64,000 nt of DNA, taken from contig MCFH01000084.1 of the NCBI GenBank assembly GCA_002104945.1, positions 95,191-159,190 on the forward strand. The letters run 5' to 3'. Positions 12,501-23,019 of the stretch are shown here, in pieces. The notes under the pieces were generated by a model. That model did not search any database. It was not told the DNA's origin and saw only the letters and a list, made by a program, of their open reading frames with translations. Both the position numbers and the translations under genes were made by a program. The DNA is from Piromyces finnis finn. Lineage: Eukaryota > Fungi > Neocallimastigomycota. Every line of letters starts with the position of its first letter. The stretch's first letter is position 1.

Positions 12501-14099
12501 CTCGTCTGCAATTGAAAAAGCAGTTGAAGTAAATTCTTTGGAAAGATCATCTGTAGAAACATTAGGATCGTTGAATTTTGCTGAAAGTATTTGGAATTTA
12601 TTATGACTGAGAATAGATTCCTTTTCCTCAATACATTTTAATCTATTCCATTTCAGAATTTTCTTAGGAACGTTAAAGTCATTAGAAAAATCTTCCATAG
12701 GAATAATTTTACCATTAATAAGAAGTGGCTTATGGTCTGATACAGGATAAAAATTATTTATAAATGATCCTGAGTGAATAAGATCTTTCATCTTCGAATT
12801 GATAAGAGCATGGTCAATGTCGGAAGATTGTTCACCTCGAGTCCAAGAGATAGTAGACCCTCTAAGCGGAAGAATTTCCCAATCTCCTAATCCATTAGTT
12901 GATAACCAGTTGGATAATTTTACTTTAGACATATTAAAATCACCAACAAGAATCGATGGATGGGATGAATGAGTTTGTAACCACAAGCGAACTTCTAACT
13001 TTGCATGATCAACATAGATGTTGTGATGACTATGAGGCATATAAACATTTCCAATCGAGCATTTGAATCTATTCCAGAGACTAAAAGTATAAATAGAAAT
13101 AATATACTTTCCAGAGAAGTTTTCAAGTGAGGCTTGACACGAATTGTGAAAACCTAAATATAAACCTCTCATTCCCGGAACTGATTCGTCAGCTTTCTTG
13201 AAAAAGTGTCTATAGTTTCGCAAAGTAACACGACAAGGATAATCTGTATTCGATCCAGAACCATTACCAGTTTCTTGGAAACATAAGAATAATGGTTTGA
13301 AAATAGCTGTGAAATAGCTAATACTATCTCTCTTTTCATGATTCCACCCATTGGTGTTCCAACTAAGACAAAAAGAAAAGTTATCAGGCTTGTTGGATGA
13401 GGAAGAATCGTTGCTATTATTATTATTATTAAAGTCATCGTTATTAATGGATGATGCATCAGAGGAATAAGTAGAACTATTACTAGATGGCTGTGAAACT
13501 GAAGAACTATCAACTATTGAACTGTTATCAGAGTTGATAGAACTATTAGAATTAATTGTTGAATGTTGAGATTGAAATTGTGTTTGCTGTAGATCTGGAA
13601 TATTTTCATGATGGGAAACTTGTTGAAGATCCTGTTGAAGATCTCGTTGAAGATCGGATTGTTGATGAGATTGTTGAACTGATTGTTGAACTGATTGTTG
13701 AAATGATTGTTGAATAGAATGTTGATGTTTATTAGAAACTAAAATTTTACGTTTGAGAGTGGAAAAAGTGTATTTGTGATTCCTTCTACTACGAGCTGAA
13801 AAGGAAATTGAGGTAACTGAAAGTTTCTTCTTTAACATGTGTAAGATTTTAATACAATCTTTTGATGAACCATGAACCTTGACTAAGAAAAAGTGATCAT
13901 TGAAAGTTTGAAAATATTTAACACTAATAACTGAATTAAATTTATCTTCTAGAATAACCTCGAGTTTTTCCCATAGCATATTTACTGACCATGATCGAAT
14001 ACCACGGATAAAGAAGGAGCGAATATCATCTAAGGGGATACCATAAGACCGGGTACCACGTCTGATATAATTCTTATCTTTAATATAAAGGACTGACAT
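9573..14099 (-). CDS. Non-LTR retrotransposon polyprotein (APE-RT-CCHC), 1508 aa
   Basis: Same APE, RT and CCHC motifs as 3095-7618; uninterrupted ORF. Confidence 0.97.
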   Translation of the reverse strand: MSVLYIKDKNYIRRGTRSYGIPLDDIRSFFIRGIRSWSVNMLWEKLEVILEDKFNSVISVKYFQTFNDHFFLVKVHGSSKDCIKILHMLKKKLSVTSISFSARSRRNHKYTFSTLKRKILVSNKHQHSIQQSFQQSVQQSVQQSHQQSDLQRDLQQDLQQVSHHENIPDLQQTQFQSQHSTINSNSSINSDNSSIVDSSSVSQPSSNSSTYSSDASSINNDDFNNNNNSNDSSSSNKPDNFSFCLSWNTNGWNHEKRDSISYFTAIFKPLFLCFQETGNGSGSNTDYPCRVTLRNYRHFFKKADESVPGMRGLYLGFHNSCQASLENFSGKYIISIYTFSLWNRFKCSIGNVYMPHSHHNIYVDHAKLEVRLWLQTHSSHPSILVGDFNMSKVKLSNWLSTNGLGDWEILPLRGSTISWTRGEQSSDIDHALINSKMKDLIHSGSFINNFYPVSDHKPLLINGKIIPMEDFSNDFNVPKKILKWNRLKCIEEKESILSHNKFQILSAKFNDPNVSTDDLSKEFTSTAFSIADELSITSANNVIKSSFHISQQIFNLQKIKMKLYKRFKKERIYDIDEFIKRIKIYRKLIDYIHKRCNEFRKQEYLHWIKTGCEYMKSHNPKKAWKWIKKTAKIGKDSFFIAQPIKNKNGELVVATEEQLDVWHDHFENLASDPSGVSLDLEHWYEEPTNKRFSLPMLDEWDINQDISIDEVKSAILSTPNYKASGPDGIPIEFYKALIPSSNDSNNATDNNSSGNTTSDNDSYGLNFILKLYNRIWDGDFPNSWNESSIVSIPKKGDLTDCDNYRGISLINNGIKLISKIVTTRISEYGLKNNFIRPEQFGFRKKEESISLFISIQEICRRRQLDNKETYLAFLDLRKAYDSVPIGNILHKLDCLGIRGKSLQFIKNLYLTSKANVKLDGQFSKSFDVKKGVRQGCPLSPILFNLFINDIFKECEDLGVSLGDTRCCGGLFADDIVICAPTRGCLKKMLRRVNEWALYNEMEFGIQKCSTMVIRPESIENQNKRDPTFYLAGQPIPTTDCYTYLGVPFDKNLSLKPVIKALNNKVLKGLFSVSKFLRNPNIPIPFKKLVLNSQVISRVSYFAPLLGSNKARSRIAQKHVNKGIRWVAGVHKAVSFISLYSISKDLNIPPLSAKCALAQVRCFNKWKNSNCIISHLVNYIPKFRKYTWCKSSRTLDKKLKKHGDVKAVKNFYWKDLKGNSIKAQYYDDNKFIDTKDFIKLCYEYPEFAYGFYWLLKARSGYKLDARVAKAAKFVDPVCPNYCPCCKCGDQSIKHWLLDCPTFRDIRIKHYDSIVQLLNFFSQRNSNSPINNNEIDNISRDSNNINSNSNNSNNNNSNSNNSNNNNSSNRNNNISNDSNSEDNNSNLDSNLVNDSNSSNNPVNINVYDYSSVCSKIFKFLLGGRSFNNINYNSREWKELCKRQIQSGTNEGTPFLTVTAELLTKIMPFAIGQQWSMFKRFEATSKSVNAEETVRQARRASATNGDHNFVP

Positions 14100-14745
14100 G
14101 ATAATAAATTCTAATTAAAAAATATTGAATATAAAATAAATACTAATAAAAATTACAAATATAACGTATATGGAAAAAAATCTGTCTCTCTCTCTCTTCT
14201 TAAAAGTACTGGATAGTACAAAAATTGTTACGATGCTTTGTTTAAAGTTTCTTATTTTTTGAATTCTAGTTGTAAATTTTCTTTAAAAATTCTAGTTTTG
14301 GTTTGTTGTTAGTAAATTCGATTCGCTTTTTGACACTAAACTTGTTTGACTTTACTTTTCATTAAATATTTAAATTGGTAAAAAATTTGAATCAAGAATG
14401 TCGACACCAGAAAGCTTGTGAATAGTATTTTTACATGATGTAGAGTGAATCAGTCTCTTACAAGAAACAATACAACAATAGCTACATGAATATAAAAGTA
14501 CAATGCAAATGCTAAAGTTGACTACATTGGATTCTTACAAGAGAAGAGTAGTACTACATGAATACATGAATAAAAGAAAAAATACAGCAACAAAATGTAT
14601 TACTCTTCTAATTAAATACTATACAAACTTACCTGAAAAATCAAACATTCACTTATTCATCAAATACTTAAATTTGATGAATAAAATGTTTATTAATCGC
14701 TCAGTACCATGAGCTTAGTCCTAATAATTTTCCCTTGAAGACTAA

Positions 14746-15059
14746 CCAAGCATCCATTGCGCAATGCTTGGATTTAATTCTTTCTACTCTCTCAGTACCA
14801 TGAGCATGAGTAGACCCCCTTGAGAAATTACATTTATTAAATAAATGAAGGCACATTCCTAAGAGGGCACCAAGCATCCATTGCGCAATACTTGGATTTA
14901 ATTCTTTCTACTCTCTCAGTACCATGAGCATGAGTAGACCCCCTTGAGAAACTACATTTATTAAATAAATGAAGGCACGTTCCCAAGAGGGATGAGCATG
15001 AGTAGACCCCCTTGAGAAACTACATTTATTAAATAAATGAAGGCACGTTCCCAAGAGGG
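14746..15059 (-). repeat. 5' UTR monomers of E5 (2 x 124 bp plus a 68-nt partial unit)
   Basis: ccaagcatcc at 14746 and 14870; the terminal aagaggg ends at 14867, 14991 and 15059. Confidence 0.92.
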
Positions 15060-15784
15060 AATATTATTACTATCTCTACTGATATAGCATGAGTAGACCC
15101 CCTTGAGAAACTACATTTATTAAATAAATGAAGGCACGTTCCCAAGAGGGACAAGGGGGTAGAAACAATGAAAGCAGAGTTCTATTTCAAAGAAAAGGAA
15201 CATTCCAAATTTATTAAAAATTAATAAGACATTTCCAAATATTATTGCTTAAACAAAAAACTCTTAAAACACAAATCGATCATATCTAAAAACCTAATTA
15301 TTAAGCCTTTTAAAAAAATGCATTTCTCACATACAGCCAAATTATTAAATACTCAATTTTAAATCCACTTAAAAAAAATTATAATTAAACAAAAGCATTT
15401 AATTTACAACATAACCAAAAAATACCTATATATATTTTAATTTTTATCTTTATTAAAATTATATTAATAGAATTATTTCTATTTTTTCTATTTCAATACA
15501 TTATTTTTAAGAATTTCAAATAATTTATTATTATTATATAAAATTCATTATTATTTTATATGTATTATTACTTAATTAAGAATATAATTTCAATAATTTT
15601 TAATTTATATGAAATATATATTTTGTATTTACACTTTCGGATTATTAATTATTATAATCCATAATTTTAAACTAAATTAATTTAGGATTGCTTACTAATC
15701 AACAAATTTAAACTAATTTAAGTTAATTTAAGCATTTTTTTAGTTGCTTTATGATCATTTCATTCATACATTTATGCGATAAAT

Positions 15785-17224
15785 TTATGCGTCATCAGCC
15801 TTGTGGTTACGCTTTTCAATTTCCTTGTTGATTTCATCAATCTTTTCATCAGTTAATGAATAGAAGGAAATGATAATCATCATAACAATCATTAAAATAG
15901 CTGGAATAATAGCAACATTCCAACGAATACATTCCTTAGTAGAATCGGCTTGGTGCTTCATCTTATAGAACCAACCAACGGAAGTATTGTGGATATTCAT
16001 ACAACAGAAAGCAGTAACGAAGTAGAAAGCAATAACACGTAATGGTCCGTTACGAATAAATTCAATCCATAAATCACTAACCTTAACATTTTCAGTTTCC
16101 TTGTCTTCCATAACAACACGTTCCTTAGACTTAACGAAACAGAATACAAGAAGTAAGAAACCAACAACAGCGTAAAGAATCATAGCAGAGAACCAAGCCT
16201 TTGAATTAGTAGTGTAACCACTACCACCATCATTAGCTTCAAGGTCTGCATCGTAGTGGAAGAAGTAAAGGAGCCATCCTGGAATAGCACCACCAAGAGC
16301 AAAACCGGCCTTGAAGAAAATACCAGTAAGAGCATTGATAATACCGGCAATACGACGACCAGTAGTATATTCAGCATAAGAAATAACTTCTGGAACAATA
16401 GCCCACATGTAACCAGTAACAGTGGTAAGACCAGTTGACTTGATAAAGTTGGCAACTAACATCCAGACACTCTTATCAGAGTCGGCAAGACCCATTCTAC
16501 TGAAGATGTATAATAAGGCATAACCGATAATACCAATAACACCAAAGGAATAGAATAATCCCTTCTTACCAGTGAACTTCTTAATGTATGGAACAAATGG
16601 CATGATGACAAAACCTGGAAGAGCACCAATAAAGTTGAATAAAACAACATTCCAATCAATAGCTTGTTTGGAGAAGAGACCAGCAACAATTGGGAAACCA
16701 GTCCAGACAAATAAACCACCAATGTTAGCCATAGTCATACGAATAGAGGTAAGAACTGTAATTTCTTGAGTATCTCTAGTCATTGAAGCATTTAAGGCAC
16801 CGTATGGAACGTTAGTAAGAGTGTAACACATTTGTAATAAAGTGTAGGTAATAGCGGCGTAAGTAATACTACCCTTGAAAATATCCCAGTAACAAAGAAT
16901 AGCAAGAACACATAATGGGAAACCAGCTGTAACTAAATAGGAACGGTACTTACCCCAACGTGGGTTGTGCTTATCAACAAAGGCACCAACAAATGGATCC
17001 CAAATAACATCAAGTAAACGAACAACAAGCATAAGTGCACCTGATACAGCTGTTGCCTTCTTTGAATCATTACCAATAATATATACATTAGTGTAGTAGA
17101 ATGCAATGAAACCACTAACATTTTGGTAAATAAAGTTTTGTGCCATATCACCAGCACCATAACCAATTCTGGTTAACCATGAAAGCTTGAAAAAGCCATT
17201 GGCTTCGTCCTTTACTGTACTCAT
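15785..17224 (-). CDS. GPH-family (MelB/XynT-like) MFS sugar or oligosaccharide:cation symporter, copy 1, intronless, permuted helix order
   Basis: 479 aa; motifs GYGAGDMAQN, DVIWDPFVGAFVD, WGKYRSY, TNVPYGAL, TSIRM, GKK, EVISYAEYTTGRRIAG, KERV, YSLT; 12 hydrophobic segments. Confidence 0.93.
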   Translation of the reverse strand: MSTVKDEANGFFKLSWLTRIGYGAGDMAQNFIYQNVSGFIAFYYTNVYIIGNDSKKATAVSGALMLVVRLLDVIWDPFVGAFVDKHNPRWGKYRSYLVTAGFPLCVLAILCYWDIFKGSITYAAITYTLLQMCYTLTNVPYGALNASMTRDTQEITVLTSIRMTMANIGGLFVWTGFPIVAGLFSKQAIDWNVVLFNFIGALPGFVIMPFVPYIKKFTGKKGLFYSFGVIGIIGYALLYIFSRMGLADSDKSVWMLVANFIKSTGLTTVTGYMWAIVPEVISYAEYTTGRRIAGIINALTGIFFKAGFALGGAIPGWLLYFFHYDADLEANDGGSGYTTNSKAWFSAMILYAVVGFLLLVFCFVKSKERVVMEDKETENVKVSDLWIEFIRNGPLRVIAFYFVTAFCCMNIHNTSVGWFYKMKHQADSTKECIRWNVAIIPAILMIVMMIIISFYSLTDEKIDEINKEIEKRNHKADDA

Positions 17225-19803
17225 TTTTTTTCTTAAATTAACTTAAATGTAAAACTATTAGTTTAAATTTTAATTTTTTACTTAAATTATTATCTTAAAA
17301 TATTAAGTAATTTTATTACTTAATTTATTTTATTGAATATTAAAAAAATAGTCTTTTCGTTTTACTTTTATACTTCTTTTTTATTAAAAAACTTTTGTAT
17401 ATATTACATTATTAATATAATATATATTTATTATTAAAAAAATAAATTAATTATTGTGTAATATATTAAAATTTACACAAATATTAACATAATATTTTAT
17501 AATAAATTATAAAATTATATATGTTTAAAAATATATTTTTTAAAGTTAAATATACCTTATTATGTTAAATAGCACAATAATGAAAAATGATGGTTTATAA
17601 ATAATAAATATAATTTATAATATCTATAAAAAAATATACATTTACACATATCATTTTTATAATTGCAATAATAAAAATAATTTTATAAATATTTATTCAT
17701 TTATTCTAATCTTTGATTAATAATTAAGTTAAAACTTACAAATCTGCTCCTATATTCAACTAATATTCAATCACATAGTAAATAGAGTTTATTTTTGGAA
17801 ACTTTAATTTATTATTTATTAAATTTTTAATTTATAATATTAAGCACTTTTTATTAAAATGAGTAAGGTCTATTCATTATTTTTATTAAATTGAATAATA
17901 GAAATGTAGAAAAATAAGTTATTTAAACGATATATTTATCTTTTAAATATATATACAATATATATTGTATAATTAATTAAAATAAATATTGAAAAATTAA
18001 TCAAATATTGAATATATATGAATATATAAATCTTATTGAATGTAAATAAATTATTTATCTAAAAATAGAAAATAATTACACAATACAAAATTAAATTGAT
18101 GTAATATATATTATAACATTGATGAAATTTAATGTAAATAATTATTCTCATATATTACTTATAATAAATCATATATACATATAAAAAAAAAATTAACATC
18201 ATTATATTATTAACAGATTAGATCTTAATATTATTCTATTATTTTAAATGCTAACATGCATATATTTTTAAAATTTAATTCGATTGATAGTTATTATATC
18301 TATAGTATTACATAAGAATAAGAAAATACATTTATTTTAATATTTTATGAAAAATCAAAGAAATTTAGTTTTTATTAATTTAAAACCTAAGAAGTGAATT
18401 ACTTAATAAGAATCATTAATATAAAAATATTTATAATAAGCATTGTAACATTGTAACTCCACAATTATATTTATGGTAATATAAGTTTACTAATGAAGTA
18501 AATTTTTTTTTACTTTCTTAAAATAATTAATAACAATATTAATTCAAAAAAAGTTTATTTTTATAAATTTTTAATTTAAAATTTAATTAGTGATTGTAAA
18601 CTCTATTATATATTAAATCAGATCAAATCAAATGTCATTATTGGATGAACAAAATAATAAGGGAATTTAATCAAAATGTAAACTTTATTTTATATTAAGA
18701 AATTGTTTTAATTCATCCTTATTTTATGTTAAATTAAACTTTGCTAATCAAGATAAATAAAGATATATGTATAACGGTAAAGTAATGATTTAATAATAAA
18801 TAAACTTTTTACTTTAATTTTAAAATGATATATTTAATAATTACGTAACTATGGTTAATGGATGAATTATTATTATTATAATCATAATGTAAAAAAAAAG
18901 TAAACTGTAATTAAAGAAAAATTAAGATTTTCTTTGATTTATAAAAAATAAATGTAATAAAGAAGGTAACTATAAGGAAAATGTTTATATGAATCTTTTT
19001 TTATGAAATAATGTAATATATTTTATTAATTAATAATTAGTAATGTACAACTAATATTTATCAAAATTCCTATCCTCAAATATATTAATACATTGGCGTT
19101 TATTTTGTTCATTCTCCAGTCAAATAATAAAATATAAAAGAAAAAAGAAATAAAAATTTTATTAATTTAATAATGAATCATTTTAGGAAATATTTCATAA
19201 AATTAAAAATTGTGTTAATAAATACAATTTATTATATTTTAAAAATTATTGGAGAGGTTTTTTTAAGAAATTTAGAAAATTATGTTAATTTTTTTATTAA
19301 ATAGAATATTCAAAAGAATTTTGTTAATGTTTATTTAAAAATTTTGTTAATTAATAAATATTGCATTTATAATAAAAGCATTTGAATAAACACTTTATTT
19401 CCTTTTCATGGAGATATATTAAAATAATCATACTTAAAGCAAATGTTTAACAATAGTATTATCATTTTAAAAAAGATTAAAATTATGACTTTAATCGATA
19501 CTTGTTAAAGTTAAAATTTTATTAAAAAGTAGTAACCTCCTAGATATAGTTAGATAAATTAAATTTAAAAATTTTTTATGGAAAAATTAAAAAGAAATTC
19601 AATTAAAGAAACTTGATTTTAATTATTTTTTTAATTTTGTTATATTCTTTGTTATTATAAATATTAAGAAGTAAAAAAAAAAAATAAAGTTCTTTTCACT
19701 TTTTTTTTTTTTTTTTTTTTTTAATTAAAAAAATAATATTTATATTGCCATTTTGGAGGAATGAGGAATTTATTGTTATTATATAATAAAGAAAATAAAA
19801 ATT

Positions 19804-22800
19804 GAGATACAGCTCGGTTCACTTTACTCAGATTTTGTGGAACGACTTATATACTTTATTTATAAATTATTAAAATACATTTTTAATATTTTTATATATG
19901 ATCGTAAGAATATCTTTTCCTAATTATTATAATCTTAAATAAAGTTTTATTTATATTTTCTACTAATTTAACTATAAAGTTTGTGTTTGTTTATCTGTTT
20001 ATATTAAATACTATAATACTTTATGATATGAAATTAATATGTCTAGCTACATATTCGTCCTATTTAAAATAATTTTTATTATTTAAAATATTCAATTTCA
20101 TATTTAAAAATTTATATCAAATATTTTATAATAATAATAATATAATAATTGATATATATTAATTATAGAATTAATGTACATATTTCATCATATTCTTATA
20201 TATTAATATATATATTAGTATATCATTCATATTGTTAAATGTAGAGTTACATTTTATTGTAATATTAATTTGTATTACATTATTATAGTAATATTTCATT
20301 TAAATATATTGTAAAATATATTGTATTATATTATATTTAATTATTTTCATATATTATGAATGCACTATATTATATAATTGACATTCAATTATATTTAATT
20401 ATAGGAATTTTATAATATAAAGATATTCACGTATAATAATTAATTAGAGGTTTTTATATAAATAAATTAAAATAGTCATGTAATAACGTGACTAATAGCA
20501 ATTGAGGCGTAGAGATATTCACAAGATAAAATAAATTTAAGTGATAACATAAATTTATTAATTATAAATTTAAATAATAAAAACATAAAATTATAACATA
20601 ATTTTATGTTATATAAATAATTTCTTTTGTTTATTATTTTTATTTCTAATGTTTTATATTTATATTTTATTATATTTTTATTATACTTTAATATTTTTAT
20701 ACTTTTTATACTAGTTTATTATAAATTATTAATTAAACAAACAAAATGTAATTTTGTAATTTATAATATTAAAAGATGATATGAAATACTATATAAAACT
20801 CTAATTATTAATAAAATTATTTTATTAATAATTACATAAAATAAATTAAAATAGTCATGTAATTACGTGACTAAAATAATTGAGGCGTAAGTAAATTCAC
20901 AAGATAAAATAAATTAAGTGATAGCATAAATTTATTTTATTAATTTAAATACTTAAAAAACATAAAATTATAACATAATTTTTTGTTATGTAAATAATTT
21001 CTTTTATTTATTATTTATTATTTTTATTTATAATATTTTATATTTTATATTTATTTTATTATATTTTTATTATACTTTAATAAATATTTTTATACTAGTT
21101 ATTATATATTTATTAATTAAACAAACAAAATATAGTTTATACTTATTAAAAGATGTATAAATGTATTATTATTTCTTGTAATTAATTCTTTGCTTCTTTG
21201 TTATATTATAGCCAAATTTATATTTAATAAAATTAATTTTAAAAACATTAATACATAAAGTTTCCCCCTAAAAAGGAAATAGAACCGAGTTATATCAAAG
21301 ATATATAAATGTATTTATTATTTCATTTATATTTAATTCTTTTATTGCCAAATGATAATATTTAATAAAAATTAATTTAAAAATTTATACAAAAAAATCA
21401 CACATGGGTGACAAAGATAAAAAAGTAAATATTTTAAAATAAAAAATGGGAGAAACTTTCTTACCAAAGTAAACTATTAAAGGGAGATGTGATAAATAAA
21501 ATTATACTTTTGTTTTTGTTGATTTTTATTGAAAGTAGTAAAAGATGGTAAAAGAGTAATATTTTTTGGGTTTATTTGTTATATTTTCTATTATACTAAA
21601 ATCTAATTATAAATTTTTATTTATTTTCATTCTTCCATCTTTAATAATTTCCATTTTAGAAAGATGTTATAAAATGGAATAAAAATATAAAAACTTTATT
21701 TAATAATATAATTAAATATTACTATAAATGTTATATAAGCATAGATTAAAGTAAGATTAGAATAGATTATAATGTAGTTATATTTTAAATCATGTGATAT
21801 ATAAAGTGATATATGTTTCTTTTATGTTGTATTAAGAACAATAATATTATATTTTTCTCAGTTTATTATATTAAGTGAAAATATATTATAATTTGATATA
21901 AAATGAACATAAAAACCTTAATTAATAATATTGTGATATAAATTTTATTAATAAATAATTTTATTAATAAAGTTAACAAAAAGAAAAAGTTCCATTTTAA
22001 AGTTATATAATAAGATGTAAGGACATGTGATAATAAAAATAAAATAAAATAAATAAAAAAATAACTATCTCTACAACACGTAGACATTACGTTTACAATA
22101 CTTTTAATATTTTATGTTTTTATAAGTTAGTCACACAAATATAATTAATATCAAAATAATAATGTAGTTTTTAGTACATTTCATTTAGTACATTAATGTA
22201 TTTATCATATTTTATAATCATGTGATAAATTAAATGATACGGGTTAATTTTATGTAGAAAGAATTAAACTTTAAATAATATATGTTTTATTAATAATTTT
22301 ATTTATTACGTTCCAACTAAAAAGTTCTGTCGTTGTCAAATATTAAAATTCTAACTAAAACAAGAAGTCCTTTTTAATAATATTTATTCTAATCTATTTA
22401 TACTAATGAGGCTTACTTTATAATTAATTGTCCAATTATAAGGCTGGAACTATATGGATTCTACATCTACATTATTCCTTTACAGTACATGATATTACAT
22501 TTGTCATACATTTTCATTACATTCTTGTACATTGTAGAAACAATTAATATTATAATAAAACTATATAAATTTAATATTAGGAAAAATTACTAATATAATA
22601 ATATGTTCAAGTCACATATTATTTTTATATCATAAAGTATTTAAATTATAGCATTTAATATTAACAGATAAGCAAACAAATTTTATAGTTAAATTAGTAG
22701 AAAATATAATAAATAAACCTTTATTTAAGAATATGATAGTTAGTAAAAGATATTCTTACGATCATATAATATTAAGTATTTTAATAATTTATAAATAAAG

Positions 22801-22850
22801 TATATAAGTCATCCCACAAATCTTGAGTGTATTGAACCGAGTTGTATCAA
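19804..22850. mobile_element. Putative non-autonomous DNA transposon with about 240-bp imperfect terminal inverted repeats
   Basis: 19804-20045 (gagatacagctcggttcac...gatcgtaagaatatctttt...ttatctgtt) is the reverse complement of about 22612-22850 (aacagataag...aaaagatattcttacgatc...tgaaccgagttgtatcaa); no transposase ORF inside. Confidence 0.6.
20461..21140. repeat. Two diverged direct repeats with about 379-bp spacing
   Basis: aataaattaaaatagtcatgtaa..acgtgacta...attgaggcgta...ttcacaagataaaataa starts at 20461 and at 20840. Confidence 0.8.
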
Positions 22851-23019
22851 ATTAAAAGTAACTTTTCTTACCTAATAATTTCACTTCTATAATTATTTAT
22901 ATATTTTCATATTAATTATAAAACATAAATAATTTTATATTATAAAATTCCAATAACTAAATATAATTGAATATCAATTATATAATATATTTTATTCATA
23001 ATATATGGGTAATAATTAA

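Larger units (their letters stand above)
9275..15059 (-). mobile_element. Family A LINE copy E5, full length, with an extra 68-nt 5' segment
   Basis: Poly(T) 9275-9333, intact ORF, two 124-bp monomers; 11-bp TSD aatattattac at 9264-9274 and 15060-15070. Confidence 0.93.
8457..15085 (-). mobile_element. Family A LINE copy E4, 5'-truncated (8457-9274 plus 15060-15085), interrupted by E5
   Basis: Poly(T) 8457-8488; 12-bp TSD agcatgagtaga at 8445-8456 and 15086-15097; its ORF sequence resumes at 15071 (tatctctactgatat). Confidence 0.88.
2832..15150 (-). mobile_element. Family A LINE copy E3, full length (2832-8456 plus 15086-15150), interrupted by E4 and E5
   Basis: Poly(T) 2832-2853, intact ORF and 5' UTR with monomers; 12-bp TSD caagggggtaga at 2820-2831 and 15152-15163. 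Confidence 0.92.

Noticed and set aside
14503-14712. 69-aa antisense ORF in the LINE 5' UTR (also 37312-37521)
   Set aside because: It is broken in E3 by a frameshift and in E8 by a deletion, and shows no motif. An ORF0-like role cannot be supported.
14746-15150. Regular GC-richer repeats resembling a CRISPR array
   Set aside because: Units are 123-124 bp with no unique spacers, there are no cas genes, and the repeats are the LINE 5' monomers.
15956-16237. Transporter helix permutation as an assembly artefact
   Set aside because: It is present in two separately flanked copies that differ by substitutions, with an intact frame and topologically compatible junctions.
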